Program-made: the position numbers and the translations under genes | The notes under the pieces: model-generated | The model's input: the letters and a program-made list of their open reading frames with translations, nothing else | The model's database searches: none | What the model was told of the DNA's origin: nothing | Origin: an uncultured Verrucomicrobiae bacterium | GTDB lineage: Bacteria > Verrucomicrobiota > Verrucomicrobiia > Chthoniobacterales > JAFAMB01 | Assembly: GCA_963750185.1 (NCBI GenBank) | Contig: CAVVPV010000028.1 | Span: 57,435-121,434 of the forward strand | Length of the DNA stretch: 64,000 nt | Direction of reading: 5' to 3' | Shown here: positions 44,944-54,516 of the stretch, one piece after another | How positions within the stretch are numbered: the first letter of the stretch is position 1 | Layout of the letters: every line of letters begins with the position of its first letter

Positions 44944-45861
44944 CTAATAACGAATCGCCTGCACCCGGCGTTGCCACCCAAACAGGTAAATCAATACGCC
45001 GGTGAGGATAATGATGAACATGATGCCCGCGACCGCAGAACCCAAATAAGGATCCGCGGGTTGAAGCTGGTATCCGAAAAAGGTGCGAAAGAAAAACGTC
45101 CCAAGGAGATCGGAGGCGAAATTCGGGCCAGCCAACGCACCTTGTGTGGCGTAGATGATTTCGAATGCATTGAAGTTGCCCACAAATGTCAGGACCGAGA
45201 CGATGCCTACTGTCGGCAGTATCAAGGGAAACTGGATACCCCAGAAAGTTCTCCAGGGACCTGCTCCATCCACCCGGGCGGCTTCCATCAATTCCTCCGG
45301 AATACGGATTAGAGCCGCGAGGAAAAGCATCATCGGGATGCCGACATTTTGCCAGACCGAGATCAGCGAGAGCGTGACGAGGGCCGTGGATTCGAGTCCC
45401 AACCAGGGCATATCGAGGTTTCCCAATCCGATCGTTTGCAAGACGGTACGCGAGATTCCCCAAGCCGGGTTCAAGATCAATTTCCAGACAAACCCGATGA
45501 TGACGACCGACAAGATGGTGGGCGTAAAAATGATGGTTCGATAGATTGCGGTTCCTCTGATCCGGGCTCCGAGAAGAGCTGCGAGAAGCAGCCCGACAGG
45601 ATTCTGCACCAGCATATGAATCACAAAAAAGAGCGCGTTATTTCGCAATGCGTTCCAAAACGGGTTCGCCCACCGCGCCTGGCTGAACAGTGTTTGATAG
45701 TTCTCGGCACCGACAAAAACAGGTGTCCCAGCCAGCCCTGCATTGCTTAGGGAAAGCCAGAAAGAATCAAGAAGCGGAAAAATCATGAATGCCGTGTAAA
45801 TCAGCAGCGCCGGCGCCAGGAAAATCAGAATATGAAGTGGAAACGAACGACTATTTGGCAT
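44944..45861 (-). CDS. Carbohydrate ABC transporter permease (MalF/UgpA-like)
   Basis: 305 aa with the EAA loop EAARVDGAGPWRTFWGIQFPLILP. Confidence 0.87.
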   Translation of the reverse strand: MPNSRSFPLHILIFLAPALLIYTAFMIFPLLDSFWLSLSNAGLAGTPVFVGAENYQTLFSQARWANPFWNALRNNALFFVIHMLVQNPVGLLLAALLGARIRGTAIYRTIIFTPTILSVVIIGFVWKLILNPAWGISRTVLQTIGLGNLDMPWLGLESTALVTLSLISVWQNVGIPMMLFLAALIRIPEELMEAARVDGAGPWRTFWGIQFPLILPTVGIVSVLTFVGNFNAFEIIYATQGALAGPNFASDLLGTFFFRTFFGYQLQPADPYLGSAVAGIMFIIILTGVLIYLFGWQRRVQAIRY

Positions 45862-46022
45862 TTTTGGGATTCATTCCCGAGCGAATAAACCATCGGCCGC
45901 CGGCGGGAGGCCTGCGATCAAAATGGAGCGGTGGTCGTCCCGCAACCGCGGTCGTCTAGTGCATCATCGTCTCCTAAGTAGGAGGCATTAGCGACTCCGG
46001 AAGTAGTTTTGCCGGGGATTTT

Positions 46023-47294
46023 CTAACTGCCTTGCTGCGGCTTGTACCAGGAGGCAAGATTCTTTTGCACCGTGTCGGCTGCCTGTTCGGGCGTTTCGGT
46101 GCCGTTCAGAATCTGAGCGCACACGTTCCAGAGGTCGTTTTCGTTGTTCGGGTTGGCGTTCCGGGAGAGAATTTGATACGAGCAACGGAAAGAGGACTTA
46201 TTGTCTTTGCGCCAGTTTACGAATTCCTGAGCCACCGGGTCGTCGAGCGTGTATGGCACGTTGGCGAGCGGGAAGAAGCCGGGGAGTGCATTAGCGTATA
46301 GCTGCGCGAATTCGGCGGAGGCGACCCAGGAGAGAAAAGTGCGCGCAGCTTCTTTATTCTTGCTGGCAGCATTGATTCCCATGGCGATATCGGGATGGTC
46401 GTCGATAACCACCTCACTCTTACCCTCGAAAGAGTACGGTTTGAACGCGCCGAGATCGAGCTTGGGATTCATCTGCCGGAATATTCCGATATCCCATGAA
46501 CCGGCCGGATAAATCGCTCCGCGTCCCTGGGCAAAAAGATTCTGGGAATCAGGATAAGCCAAAGCCTGATAACCCGGAGGTAAATATGGCTTCCACTTTG
46601 CCAAGGCTTCGAACGCAGCGAGGAACCCGCCCTGGTTGTATTTTGCGGTCCCGCTGATGAGGGCTTTGCGACCGGTCTCTCCGTCCCAAAGCGTCGGTCC
46701 GATATTCTGGAAACCCATCGTTGCCGATTCCCATTGGTCCTTCGTGCCCATGACAAGCGGAATATATTTTCCGTTAGCTTTGATCTTATCGAGCACCGCG
46801 AGGAACTCCTTTTCCGTGGCAGGAACGCTTAACCCCAATTCTTTGAAGATCGCTTTGTTGTAGAGGAAGCCGTGGATCACGGACGCCATCGGAACAGCAA
46901 ACGTTGTCTTGCCGTCGTCCGTCGACCACGCGGCTTTTGCGACTTCTGAAAAATTCTCCATTCCGGGCAGATCATTCAATGCAACGATCTGGCCTGCGTT
47001 GTAAATCTCTAGAGATTTGTCAAACGGGCGACAGGCGATCAGGTCGCCTGCTGTACCAGCCTTCAGTTTCGCTTCCAGAACCGCGTTGTACTCCGTCGGC
47101 GCAGTCGGCGAAAACACTAACTCGATATCCGGGTGTTTTTTCGTGAAGGCTGGCAAGATGGTATTCTGCCAGATCTTCAAGTCATCGTTGCGCCAACTCT
47201 CAATCGTGAGTTGTACTTTTCCTTCCGCCCAAACGCTCCCTATGCTTGTCAGAGAGACGAGCCCTAACAGAAACGTCACAAATCTTTTCGACAT
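46023..47294 (-). CDS. ABC transporter extracellular solute-binding protein (sugar family)
   Basis: I placed the start at MSKRFVTFLLGLVSLTSIGSVWA (signal peptide, ATG at 47294). The upstream part of the track ORF is translated from a palindromic repeat. Confidence 0.85.
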   Translation of the reverse strand: MSKRFVTFLLGLVSLTSIGSVWAEGKVQLTIESWRNDDLKIWQNTILPAFTKKHPDIELVFSPTAPTEYNAVLEAKLKAGTAGDLIACRPFDKSLEIYNAGQIVALNDLPGMENFSEVAKAAWSTDDGKTTFAVPMASVIHGFLYNKAIFKELGLSVPATEKEFLAVLDKIKANGKYIPLVMGTKDQWESATMGFQNIGPTLWDGETGRKALISGTAKYNQGGFLAAFEALAKWKPYLPPGYQALAYPDSQNLFAQGRGAIYPAGSWDIGIFRQMNPKLDLGAFKPYSFEGKSEVVIDDHPDIAMGINAASKNKEAARTFLSWVASAEFAQLYANALPGFFPLANVPYTLDDPVAQEFVNWRKDNKSSFRCSYQILSRNANPNNENDLWNVCAQILNGTETPEQAADTVQKNLASWYKPQQGS

Positions 47295-47414
47295 GGGACC
47301 TCCCATCATAGAGAACGCTCCTGGCAAAACAATCTTCAAATTTTTGAATGGTTGTTTAACGGGTGGCAGGCCCGTGAATGACCCGTTAAAGGCGCGGTAT
47401 CTCGGCATCAAAAT

Positions 47415-47477
47415 GTAGGCGAACCGTCTCGGTTTGCTGGCCTTTCGAGAGGTGCAAAGCGGGGACGCTTCGCCTAC
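47415..47477. repeat. Palindromic element, same family as 38259-38320 (copy 2)
   Basis: gtaggcgaaccgtctcggtttgc - 15 nt - tgcaaagcggggacgcttcgcctac. It lies in the divergent promoter region between the SBP gene and nagB. Confidence 0.9.
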
Positions 47478-47540
47478 TCTCGTGCAGACAACAAATCGAC
47501 TCTGTGTAATCGTTTCTAGCATCGATTTAACCCCCTCCAC

Positions 47541-49466
47541 ATGGACTCTCCCGGCATTGAATCTGAACAGTTTGAGCGAATCAAAACGAAGGTTTTTAAA
47601 ACCTCGGATGAGGCGGTCCGCAACGTAGCGGCTTCGATTTCGGCCCTGATCCGTAAGCGCCAGTCGGAACGCAAAAATGTCGTTCTCGGTCTCGCAACCG
47701 GTTCGACTCCAGTCAAGCTCTACAAGGAATTAATCAGGCTTCACCGAGATGAAAATCTTTCGTTTGCAAACGTTGTCAGCTTTAACCTTGATGAGTATTA
47801 TGGCCTCGCACCGGATCATCCGGAGAGTTACCGCCGATTCATGGCGGTGCAGCTATTCGAACACGTCAATATACCGCCCGAAAACGTGCATGTGCCCGAT
47901 GGATTGATCGATCGATCGAAAGTTTTTCAATTCTGCCTCGATTACGAACGAGAAATCCGGGCGGTCGGTGGAATTGACATCCAGATTTTGGGAATCGGCC
48001 GCACCGGGCACATCGGGTTTAACGAGCCCGGTTCCGGCATAGATTCCCGGACTCGGATGGTTGCGCTGGATCGAATCACGCGACGCGACGCTGCTCGGGA
48101 TTTTCGCGGTGAAGCCAATGTTCCGGAACATGCGATCACGATGGGCGTCGGCACAATTCTCGAAGCGCGCGAGATTCATCTCCTTGCCTGGGGTGACTCG
48201 AAAGCGGGGATTCTTCGAATGGCAATTGAGGGGCCGCAGCTGGATTCCGTTCCCGCAAGCTATCTGCAACGGCACCCGAATTGCACCTGTTCTGTCGACG
48301 TAGCTGCGGCGGCCGAATTAACACGGTTCCGCACACCCTGGCTCGTCGGACAGGTGGACTGGGATTCGTCGCTCACCCGGAAAGCGGTCGTCTGGGTCGC
48401 AGGCGAGCTGCGAAAACCGGTTCTCCGATTGCGGGATGACGACTATGCAGAGAACGGCCTGACGTCTCTATTAATTGAGATGGGATCCGCTTATCGCTTG
48501 AATCTTAGAATCTTCAACGAGCTGCAGCATACGATTACAGGCTGGCCCGGAGGTAAACCGAATTCCGATGATTCAAATCGGCCGGTGCCTGCTGAACCGC
48601 CCCAGAAATGTGTTCTCGTGTTTGGTCCTGAACCGCTCGACGCCGAAATCGGCATGGGTGGAACACTGAATCGATTGGTGAGCCATGGTCACGACCTGAC
48701 ATTTGTTTACCTGACGTCTGGAAACTTGAGCGTACCGGATAATGAAGCGCGGATGGCAATTAGCTTACTCAACGAAATCCGTATGTCGCATTCGGAGAAG
48801 AATCTGCTGGAGCCGCTCGCGACGGAACTTGACCGCAAGGCGGCGTACGATGAGGACAGCGCTGCTTTGCGGCAATTCAAGGGGTTAATCAGAAAGGCGG
48901 AGGCTCGCGCCTCATGCCAGATTTTGGGTTTGGATCTTCAAAAGATCCTGTTCCTGGATCTGCCTTTTTATGAGAGCGGTCGGTATCGGCAGTTTCAGCC
49001 GACGGAAATAGATATCGAACGAATCGAGGCTTTGTTCAGAACAATTCGCCCCAATCAGGTTTACTTAACCGGCTCCGGTGCCGATCCGAGCAGTGTCGCC
49101 GGCATCGTATACCGATTAGTTACCAGCGCCATGGCGCGGTGTCGCGGTGAAGGATGGACCAACAAATGCCAGACCTGGCTATATGCGTTGAGCGACCGCG
49201 CGTGGCTTTCGCACGAGATCGACATGGCCGTCCCGTTGAGCCCGGCAGAGCTGACGCTCAAACTGGACTGCCTTTACCATCATCGTTCTCAGCGCAACCA
49301 GACACCGTTTATCGAACATGGCTCGGGGGAAAACTGGCAACAGGCGGAGAACACAAATCGAGCGACCGCGCACGACTACGATCAGTTGGGATTGGCTGAA
49401 TACGAGGCCATTGAAGCTTTTCGGCAACTCAAAACGGATGGCTCAACTGCCACGGGAAAGCTGTGA
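47541..49466 (+). CDS. nagB: Long-form glucosamine-6-phosphate deaminase: NagB domain fused to a LmbE/PIG-L-like domain
   Basis: NagB motifs: LGLATGSTP, SFNLDEYYGL, LGIGRTGHIGFNEPGS. The C-terminal approximately 300 aa resemble the PIG-L/LmbE fold (VLVFGPEPLDAEIGMGGT...LTFVYLTSG). The usual HPDD motif is degenerate here. Confidence 0.82.
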   Translation: MDSPGIESEQFERIKTKVFKTSDEAVRNVAASISALIRKRQSERKNVVLGLATGSTPVKLYKELIRLHRDENLSFANVVSFNLDEYYGLAPDHPESYRRFMAVQLFEHVNIPPENVHVPDGLIDRSKVFQFCLDYEREIRAVGGIDIQILGIGRTGHIGFNEPGSGIDSRTRMVALDRITRRDAARDFRGEANVPEHAITMGVGTILEAREIHLLAWGDSKAGILRMAIEGPQLDSVPASYLQRHPNCTCSVDVAAAAELTRFRTPWLVGQVDWDSSLTRKAVVWVAGELRKPVLRLRDDDYAENGLTSLLIEMGSAYRLNLRIFNELQHTITGWPGGKPNSDDSNRPVPAEPPQKCVLVFGPEPLDAEIGMGGTLNRLVSHGHDLTFVYLTSGNLSVPDNEARMAISLLNEIRMSHSEKNLLEPLATELDRKAAYDEDSAALRQFKGLIRKAEARASCQILGLDLQKILFLDLPFYESGRYRQFQPTEIDIERIEALFRTIRPNQVYLTGSGADPSSVAGIVYRLVTSAMARCRGEGWTNKCQTWLYALSDRAWLSHEIDMAVPLSPAELTLKLDCLYHHRSQRNQTPFIEHGSGENWQQAENTNRATAHDYDQLGLAEYEAIEAFRQLKTDGSTATGKL

Positions 49467-49877
49467 GAGCGGTTTGACCTGGCGAATACCGGTCGCGCGA
49501 CAGTGCCACCACAACCAGAAATCCGACGCATTGTTCTTGTCGCGCCTTCAGCGCCGCCGGGTTATTAAACTGGCGCTTATGGCGCGGGCCGCCTACGATC
49601 TGCGAGTCATTTGCAAAATCTTCAGCTCATGCTAATTGCATCCGATCCGGATGTCTTTATTGAAATAACACCATGGGCTTCGGATCTCCGTATTGATTCA
49701 ACTCATGGCTTTTAAGTTAGCTGCTCACTCTTTTCGGATTGCCGGTATTCCGCTCCAAATGCCCGCCGCTGCATTTTCGTTTTGACCGCGATCTGCGTCC
49801 CATATTCACCGCTTATTCGCACCGTTCAGCTTTGTTCTACTTCAAGTCAGTATGCGGGTGAGCGTCTTATTTGAGCC

Positions 49878-50867
49878 GTGAAAAAATTTACGTCAATCCA
49901 ACCCATCATCTATCTCCTCGGATTTGCCGGAGGCGCGCTGTTGATTGTTCTCGTTGCACGTGAAGGCGCCGGACAAGTTGGCTTGGCGATCGCCCGCGCA
50001 GGCTGGGGTTTACTCGCCATAACGATCTATCATCTTGCGCAGACGCTGAGCGATTCGGCCGGCTGGTTGGTACTAATCCCGAAAGAAAATAGAGTACGTT
50101 TGAGCCGGGGCTTTATCCTGAATTGGATTGGTGAATCAATAAATAATCTTCTGCCGACGGCGCGCGTAGGTGGAGATATCGTCGTCGCGCGGCTTGCTGC
50201 GATGTGGGGAATGCCGTTGCGGACGGCAACCGCCGCAATCATTGTCGATGTTACGATCGGCATCGTTACCAAAGTCTTTTATATCGTAGCGGCTGCCATT
50301 TTGCTTGTCGCTGCGACGGGTCGATCGGATCTTGCCCGCCCTGCGCTCGTTGCAGTGGTGACCGGGACGCTCGCCGTCTCGGGATTCTACGCGGCGCAGC
50401 GGGTGGGCATGTTCAGATTGAGCGCTAGTTTGGCGTCTCGCCTCGCCAAGTCACCCGGCTGGAATTCTCTCGTGCAAGGAGGCGAAGCGATTGATCAGAC
50501 AATTCGAGCTCTCTACGCGAGGCGGGGCGGGGTGACGGGGTGTTACCTGTTCTGGATATTGTCGTGGATCATCGCTTCAGGTGAAATCTGGATCGCGCTT
50601 CGCGTGCTTGGGTTGCGGCCAAGCTTCAGCACAGCCGTAATTTTGGAAAGCGGCTCGCTAGCGATTCGTGGGGCGGCGTTTTTGGTGCCAGGAGCCTTAG
50701 GCGTGCAGGAAGGCGGCTACATCCTGCTTGGCAATTTGCTCGGAATATCTGGCGATATAGCGCTGGCGCTGTCGCTGCTTCGACGCGTACGGGAGCTGGC
50801 TTTGGGGATTCCGGGGTTGGTTGTCTGGCAACTCATCGAGGCTGGTCGCCTCTGGCGAGGCTGGTGA
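49878..50867 (+). CDS. Flippase-like / lysylphosphatidylglycerol-synthase-TM-region family membrane protein (UPF0104)
   Basis: 329 aa, GTG start, about 8 TM helices. The conserved P..R.GGD block is present (LLPTARVGGDIVVARL). Confidence 0.7.
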   Translation: MKKFTSIQPIIYLLGFAGGALLIVLVAREGAGQVGLAIARAGWGLLAITIYHLAQTLSDSAGWLVLIPKENRVRLSRGFILNWIGESINNLLPTARVGGDIVVARLAAMWGMPLRTATAAIIVDVTIGIVTKVFYIVAAAILLVAATGRSDLARPALVAVVTGTLAVSGFYAAQRVGMFRLSASLASRLAKSPGWNSLVQGGEAIDQTIRALYARRGGVTGCYLFWILSWIIASGEIWIALRVLGLRPSFSTAVILESGSLAIRGAAFLVPGALGVQEGGYILLGNLLGISGDIALALSLLRRVRELALGIPGLVVWQLIEAGRLWRGW

Positions 50868-50982
50868 GTTTTTACGCTGGCATGTGGCAGCATTTAATAT
50901 GGGGAGGTCGTGTGTAAGAGGCATGTGCGGCGCTGTCCTTTTCGCTTAGCCTGACATTCACACAAGCCGTGTGAATTGCGGG

Positions 50983-51537
50983 TTAGAACCTCCACTCCGT
51001 CGTCAGCCGCTTCCGCAACTGTTCGATTTCGGCAACGGCTTTTCTGATTTGCGGTTGCGCCAGGTTTTTGTGCAACTCGGCAGAAAGTCTGACCAGTTCC
51101 TCGTTCATGCCCATAACCCGGTGTCCGAGCTCCTGAGCGGTGCCGAATAAAAAGTTCGTTGCCCACGCGTCGCCGCGTTGCAAGGCTTCGTGAAAGGCGT
51201 CCGAAGAGACTCGCCATAGAAGGCTTTCGGCGCTGGCAATCGCGGTCGCAGTACGTGGTGTATTTAGCAATGGACCCAACTCACCAAGGATCGCGCCCGG
51301 CCCCAGCGTGGCCAATGTTCGGTCGTCCGGCGCTGACCCGGCCAGCTTGATAACGATTTGGCCAGATAGCAACAGGTAGATCGAATCCCCAGGGTCACCC
51401 TGTCTGAACAACGCCTTTTCGGGTGCAAGGCGCACCTCTGCCAAATGGGTGGCAAACGCGTCAATCTGCTCGGTGTTAAGCGACTGCAGGCAACTGAAGC
51501 GGTGAACGAGGGTGGAATCGATAGCGTTCTTCATCAC
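50983..51537 (-). CDS. Cyclic-nucleotide-binding domain protein
   Basis: cNMP-binding pattern: ALFRQGDPGDSIYLLLSGQIVI...GPGAILGELGPLLNTPRTATAIA. Confidence 0.8.
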   Translation of the reverse strand: MMKNAIDSTLVHRFSCLQSLNTEQIDAFATHLAEVRLAPEKALFRQGDPGDSIYLLLSGQIVIKLAGSAPDDRTLATLGPGAILGELGPLLNTPRTATAIASAESLLWRVSSDAFHEALQRGDAWATNFLFGTAQELGHRVMGMNEELVRLSAELHKNLAQPQIRKAVAEIEQLRKRLTTEWRF

Positions 51538-51545
51538 TTGTCTCC

Positions 51546-52781
51546 CTACACGCCGCGCAGCATGGCGGCTTTGGCCACGCGCCCTAGCGCTACGATGTAT
51601 GCGGCTGTGCGCCAGTCGAGTTTTCGCGATTGCACGACTCCGCGGATCGTGGCGTAGGCCGCAGTCATGACCTCCCGAAGTCGATCATTTACTTGCTTCT
51701 CGGTCCAGCGCAGACACTGGAGGTTTTGCGTCCATTCGAAATAGCTAACTGTGACTCCGCCAGCGTTGGCGAGGATATCCGGAATGACCGTGATGCCGCG
51801 CTGTTCGAAAACTTCGTCGGCTTCCGGAAAAGTCGGTGCGTTTGCCGCTTCGATGATCACCTTGGCTCGAACTTCCCGGGCCACGTCCCGGGTTAACACA
51901 CCGCCGAGTGCGGCTGGAATTAGCACGTCCGTCTCGCAAGTCAACAGTGCGTCGTTCGTGATGCGCGCCACCCCGCTAGCTTGGTATTCTGCGAGAAGAC
52001 GGCGGCTGCGCGCGAACTCGACGACTGCGGGAATATCCAGACCGGCCCGATTGGAAACGCCACCGGAGAGGTCGCTGACTGCAACGACTTTCGCGCCAAG
52101 CTCGTGGGCGAAAAGTGCAGCGAAAAGGCCAACGTTGCCAAACCCTTGGATCGCGACAGTTGCCCCTTTGAGGCTGTCTCCGACGTCGTTCAGGAAATTT
52201 TCCGTTACACAAATAACGCCGTAGCCGGTTGCTGCCTCGCGACCTTCGCTGCCGTGCAATTCGACCGGCTTGCCCGTGACCACCGCCGGTGCGAAGCCGT
52301 GCAACCTCGAATACTGATCCATGATCCACGCCATCACTTGAGCGTTAGTATTAACGTCGGGCGCAGGGATGTCACGCTGCGGACCGATTTCCTGGCTGAT
52401 CCGCTCGACGAACTTGCGTGTGATGCGTTCCAGTTCGCCCTGCGAGAGTTCCGACGGTTCGCAGGCGATACCACCTTTGGCACCGCCAAAAGGGACGTTT
52501 ACGACCGCGGTTTTCCAAGTCATCAGCGTCGCCAGTGCCCTCACGTCATCGGCATCCAACGTTGGATGAAAACGCAGGCCGCCTTTGGTTGGTCCGCGCG
52601 CGGAATTGTGTTGGAAGCGGTATCCGCTGAAGACCGCCAGTTCGCCGTTGTCACGCTCGATCGGAACCGTGACATGATGCTCGGCCTCAAGCGACAGCAA
52701 CAATCGCTCGACGCGCGGCCCCAGGTCCATGATCCGCGAAGCCTTGCTGATGTAGTGATTGGCGGCTTCAAAGGGATTCAT
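51546..52781 (-). CDS. gdhA: Glutamate dehydrogenase (Glu/Leu/Phe/Val dehydrogenase family)
   Basis: 411 aa with TKGGLRFHP, the catalytic-Lys block PFGGAKGG, and the dinucleotide fold IQGFGNVG. Confidence 0.9.
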   Translation of the reverse strand: MNPFEAANHYISKASRIMDLGPRVERLLLSLEAEHHVTVPIERDNGELAVFSGYRFQHNSARGPTKGGLRFHPTLDADDVRALATLMTWKTAVVNVPFGGAKGGIACEPSELSQGELERITRKFVERISQEIGPQRDIPAPDVNTNAQVMAWIMDQYSRLHGFAPAVVTGKPVELHGSEGREAATGYGVICVTENFLNDVGDSLKGATVAIQGFGNVGLFAALFAHELGAKVVAVSDLSGGVSNRAGLDIPAVVEFARSRRLLAEYQASGVARITNDALLTCETDVLIPAALGGVLTRDVAREVRAKVIIEAANAPTFPEADEVFEQRGITVIPDILANAGGVTVSYFEWTQNLQCLRWTEKQVNDRLREVMTAAYATIRGVVQSRKLDWRTAAYIVALGRVAKAAMLRGV

Positions 52782-52926
52782 AGCGAGGCTCAGATCAGTT
52801 GTGGGTTGTTCCGTCAGACAATGTCAATGCATTCGGTCGTCGCCCCAATTGAAGCAGCGTCATAAGGCTGACAGGTCTTGCATATTTCCCGAGCGATGCT
52901 GCGCAGATTGAACTATAACTGGAAAC

Positions 52927-53484
52927 TTGAAGGCTATCTTAACGAAAGTTCTGGCTGCTTACGTGATTTGCTTAACCGGTTGTGCGGCTGATCAGTACGC
53001 CTCGATTGGTCCGGATGAATACAACGAAAACGGCGTTTCGTATTGGAACGGCGATGAAATTTTGGGGCGACCAAGAATTGAAATAGATATCCTTAACCAG
53101 CGCGCGTACTTTTACAAGGGCGTGCAATTAGTTGGCGTTTCACTGGTGTCGACCGGACGAGAGGGCCACGATACTTTTCCCGGTAACTATCGCATTCAGG
53201 AGAAGGATATTGACCACGCATCAAGCCTTTACGGCGATTACGTCGACCAAACCGGCCGCGTTGTCGTTCAAAATGTGGAAAACAAAAAAGATCCGCGGCC
53301 CCCAGGGACAATATTCCGAGGAGCTCCAATGCCGTATTTCCTCAGAATCCAAGGCGCCATCGGCATGCATGCCGGGTATTTGCCCGGGTATCCAGCTTCA
53401 CACGGTTGTATTCGGTTGCCGGAGCAGATGGCCGTCAAGTTTTTCCAGAATGCGCCTGTGGGTACTCCAGTGGAGATTCGTTAG
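52927..53484 (+). CDS. L,D-transpeptidase (YkuD) lipoprotein
   Basis: Lipobox VICLTGC. YkuD active site: IGMHAGYLPGYPASHGCIRLP. Confidence 0.85.
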   Translation: MKAILTKVLAAYVICLTGCAADQYASIGPDEYNENGVSYWNGDEILGRPRIEIDILNQRAYFYKGVQLVGVSLVSTGREGHDTFPGNYRIQEKDIDHASSLYGDYVDQTGRVVVQNVENKKDPRPPGTIFRGAPMPYFLRIQGAIGMHAGYLPGYPASHGCIRLPEQMAVKFFQNAPVGTPVEIR

Positions 53485-53569
53485 CCGGCGGGTTCTGGCT
53501 GAGCGTAACGACAACTCGAATTAAACCAAGCTTCAAAACGTCAAAGAAAACACCAAAAGGAGTCTAATC

Positions 53570-54085
53570 ATGAATCGAAGAGAAGCCATTGCCACAGGGA
53601 TGGCAGGTCTTGCGGCGACAGTTACGGTCCCGATCGCTGCGAATGCCGAATCCTCGGAAACGGCCAACCCCGAATTGGACCAGATTCGCGCGCTTTTAAA
53701 GGCGCACGACGAGGCGTTTACAAATCAGGATCTGGATGGAGTCATGGCTTGCTTTGCTGAAAAAGCCGCGATCATGGGTTCCGGTCCAGGAGAGTACTGG
53801 GTGGGCCCAGACGAAATCAAAGTTGCCTACCAGCATTTCTTTGAAGGTTTCGATAAGGGAAAACAGAAGTTTGAATATCAGTTCCGGATCGGTGGATTGT
53901 CGCCGGAGATGGGCTGGTTGATGACGGCCGGAAACGTGACTGGTGAAAAGGATGGCAAAGCGGTCGCATTTCCCTTGAACCTTTCGTTAACGGTCTCGAA
54001 AAAATCAGGGAAGTGGCTCATCGCCGCCATGCATTTTTCAACGCTAACAGGCGGTCCGGAGGCGGGAAGCAAAGATTCTCAGTAA
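53570..54085 (+). CDS. SnoaL-like / DUF4440 (NTF2 fold) protein with a Tat-type signal
   Basis: MNRREAIATGMAGLAATVTVPIAANA, then an NTF2-like core (AFTNQDLDGVMACFAE...WLIAAMHFS). Confidence 0.7.
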   Translation: MNRREAIATGMAGLAATVTVPIAANAESSETANPELDQIRALLKAHDEAFTNQDLDGVMACFAEKAAIMGSGPGEYWVGPDEIKVAYQHFFEGFDKGKQKFEYQFRIGGLSPEMGWLMTAGNVTGEKDGKAVAFPLNLSLTVSKKSGKWLIAAMHFSTLTGGPEAGSKDSQ

Positions 54086-54113
54086 CGCGCTATCGACGTT
54101 CCCGTTTACGATT

Positions 54114-54431
54114 ATGAAAGACGAAACCGAGATAGCAGGTGACGCGGAAGGACAAGAGTTAGTGGGCCGGCGGTCGTTTCTGCAGAGCTTGGGAAAATGG
54201 TCCGGGGCGGCAGTTGCGGCTGTGCTTGGGAGTGGGTGGATCGCCCATCCACCGGAGGCCGACGCGGGTGCCTGGGTCAATCGGCGAGGTGGTTGGGGAG
54301 GTGGCGGTTGGGTAAACGGGCGCGGCTACGGCGGTGGCGGTGGATGGATCAATCGCGCAGGCTCTGGAGGTGGCGGATGGATCAATCGCCGAGGCTATGG
54401 GGGCGGAGGCGGCTGGATTAATCGGTGGTAA
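54114..54431 (+). CDS. Tat-signal Gly/Trp-rich repeat peptide (105 aa)
   Basis: Twin-arginine signal: GRRSFLQSLGKWSGAAVAAVLG...ADA. The mature part is GAWVNRRGGWGGGGWVNGRGYGGGGGWINRAGSGGGGWINRRGYGGGGGWINRW, with five GGGGW(V/I)N units after an initial WVNRRG. The DNA repeat spans 54270-54428. Confidence 0.6.
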   Translation: MKDETEIAGDAEGQELVGRRSFLQSLGKWSGAAVAAVLGSGWIAHPPEADAGAWVNRRGGWGGGGWVNGRGYGGGGGWINRAGSGGGGWINRRGYGGGGGWINRW

Positions 54432-54516
54432 TGTTTGCCCTGGGCAGAGAAGCGGCTCCCGGAAAATATTTCCCGCACGGATCGAAAGCGTAGGCTCCCT
54501 CTTCAAAGTCCTCAAC

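Noticed and set aside
51981-52865. 294-aa ORF antisense to glutamate dehydrogenase (plus several shorter ones at 51745-52329)
   Set aside because: The GDH frame carries the KGGLRFHP and GGAKGG motifs. The antisense frames are low-complexity and Arg-rich, with no recognisable domains.
54114-54431. Firm annotation of the Gly/Trp repeat peptide as a GrrA/triceptide RiPP precursor
   Set aside because: No radical-SAM/SPASM maturase, peptidase or exporter is nearby. The peptide also carries a Tat signal. I kept it only as a hypothesis in the findings.
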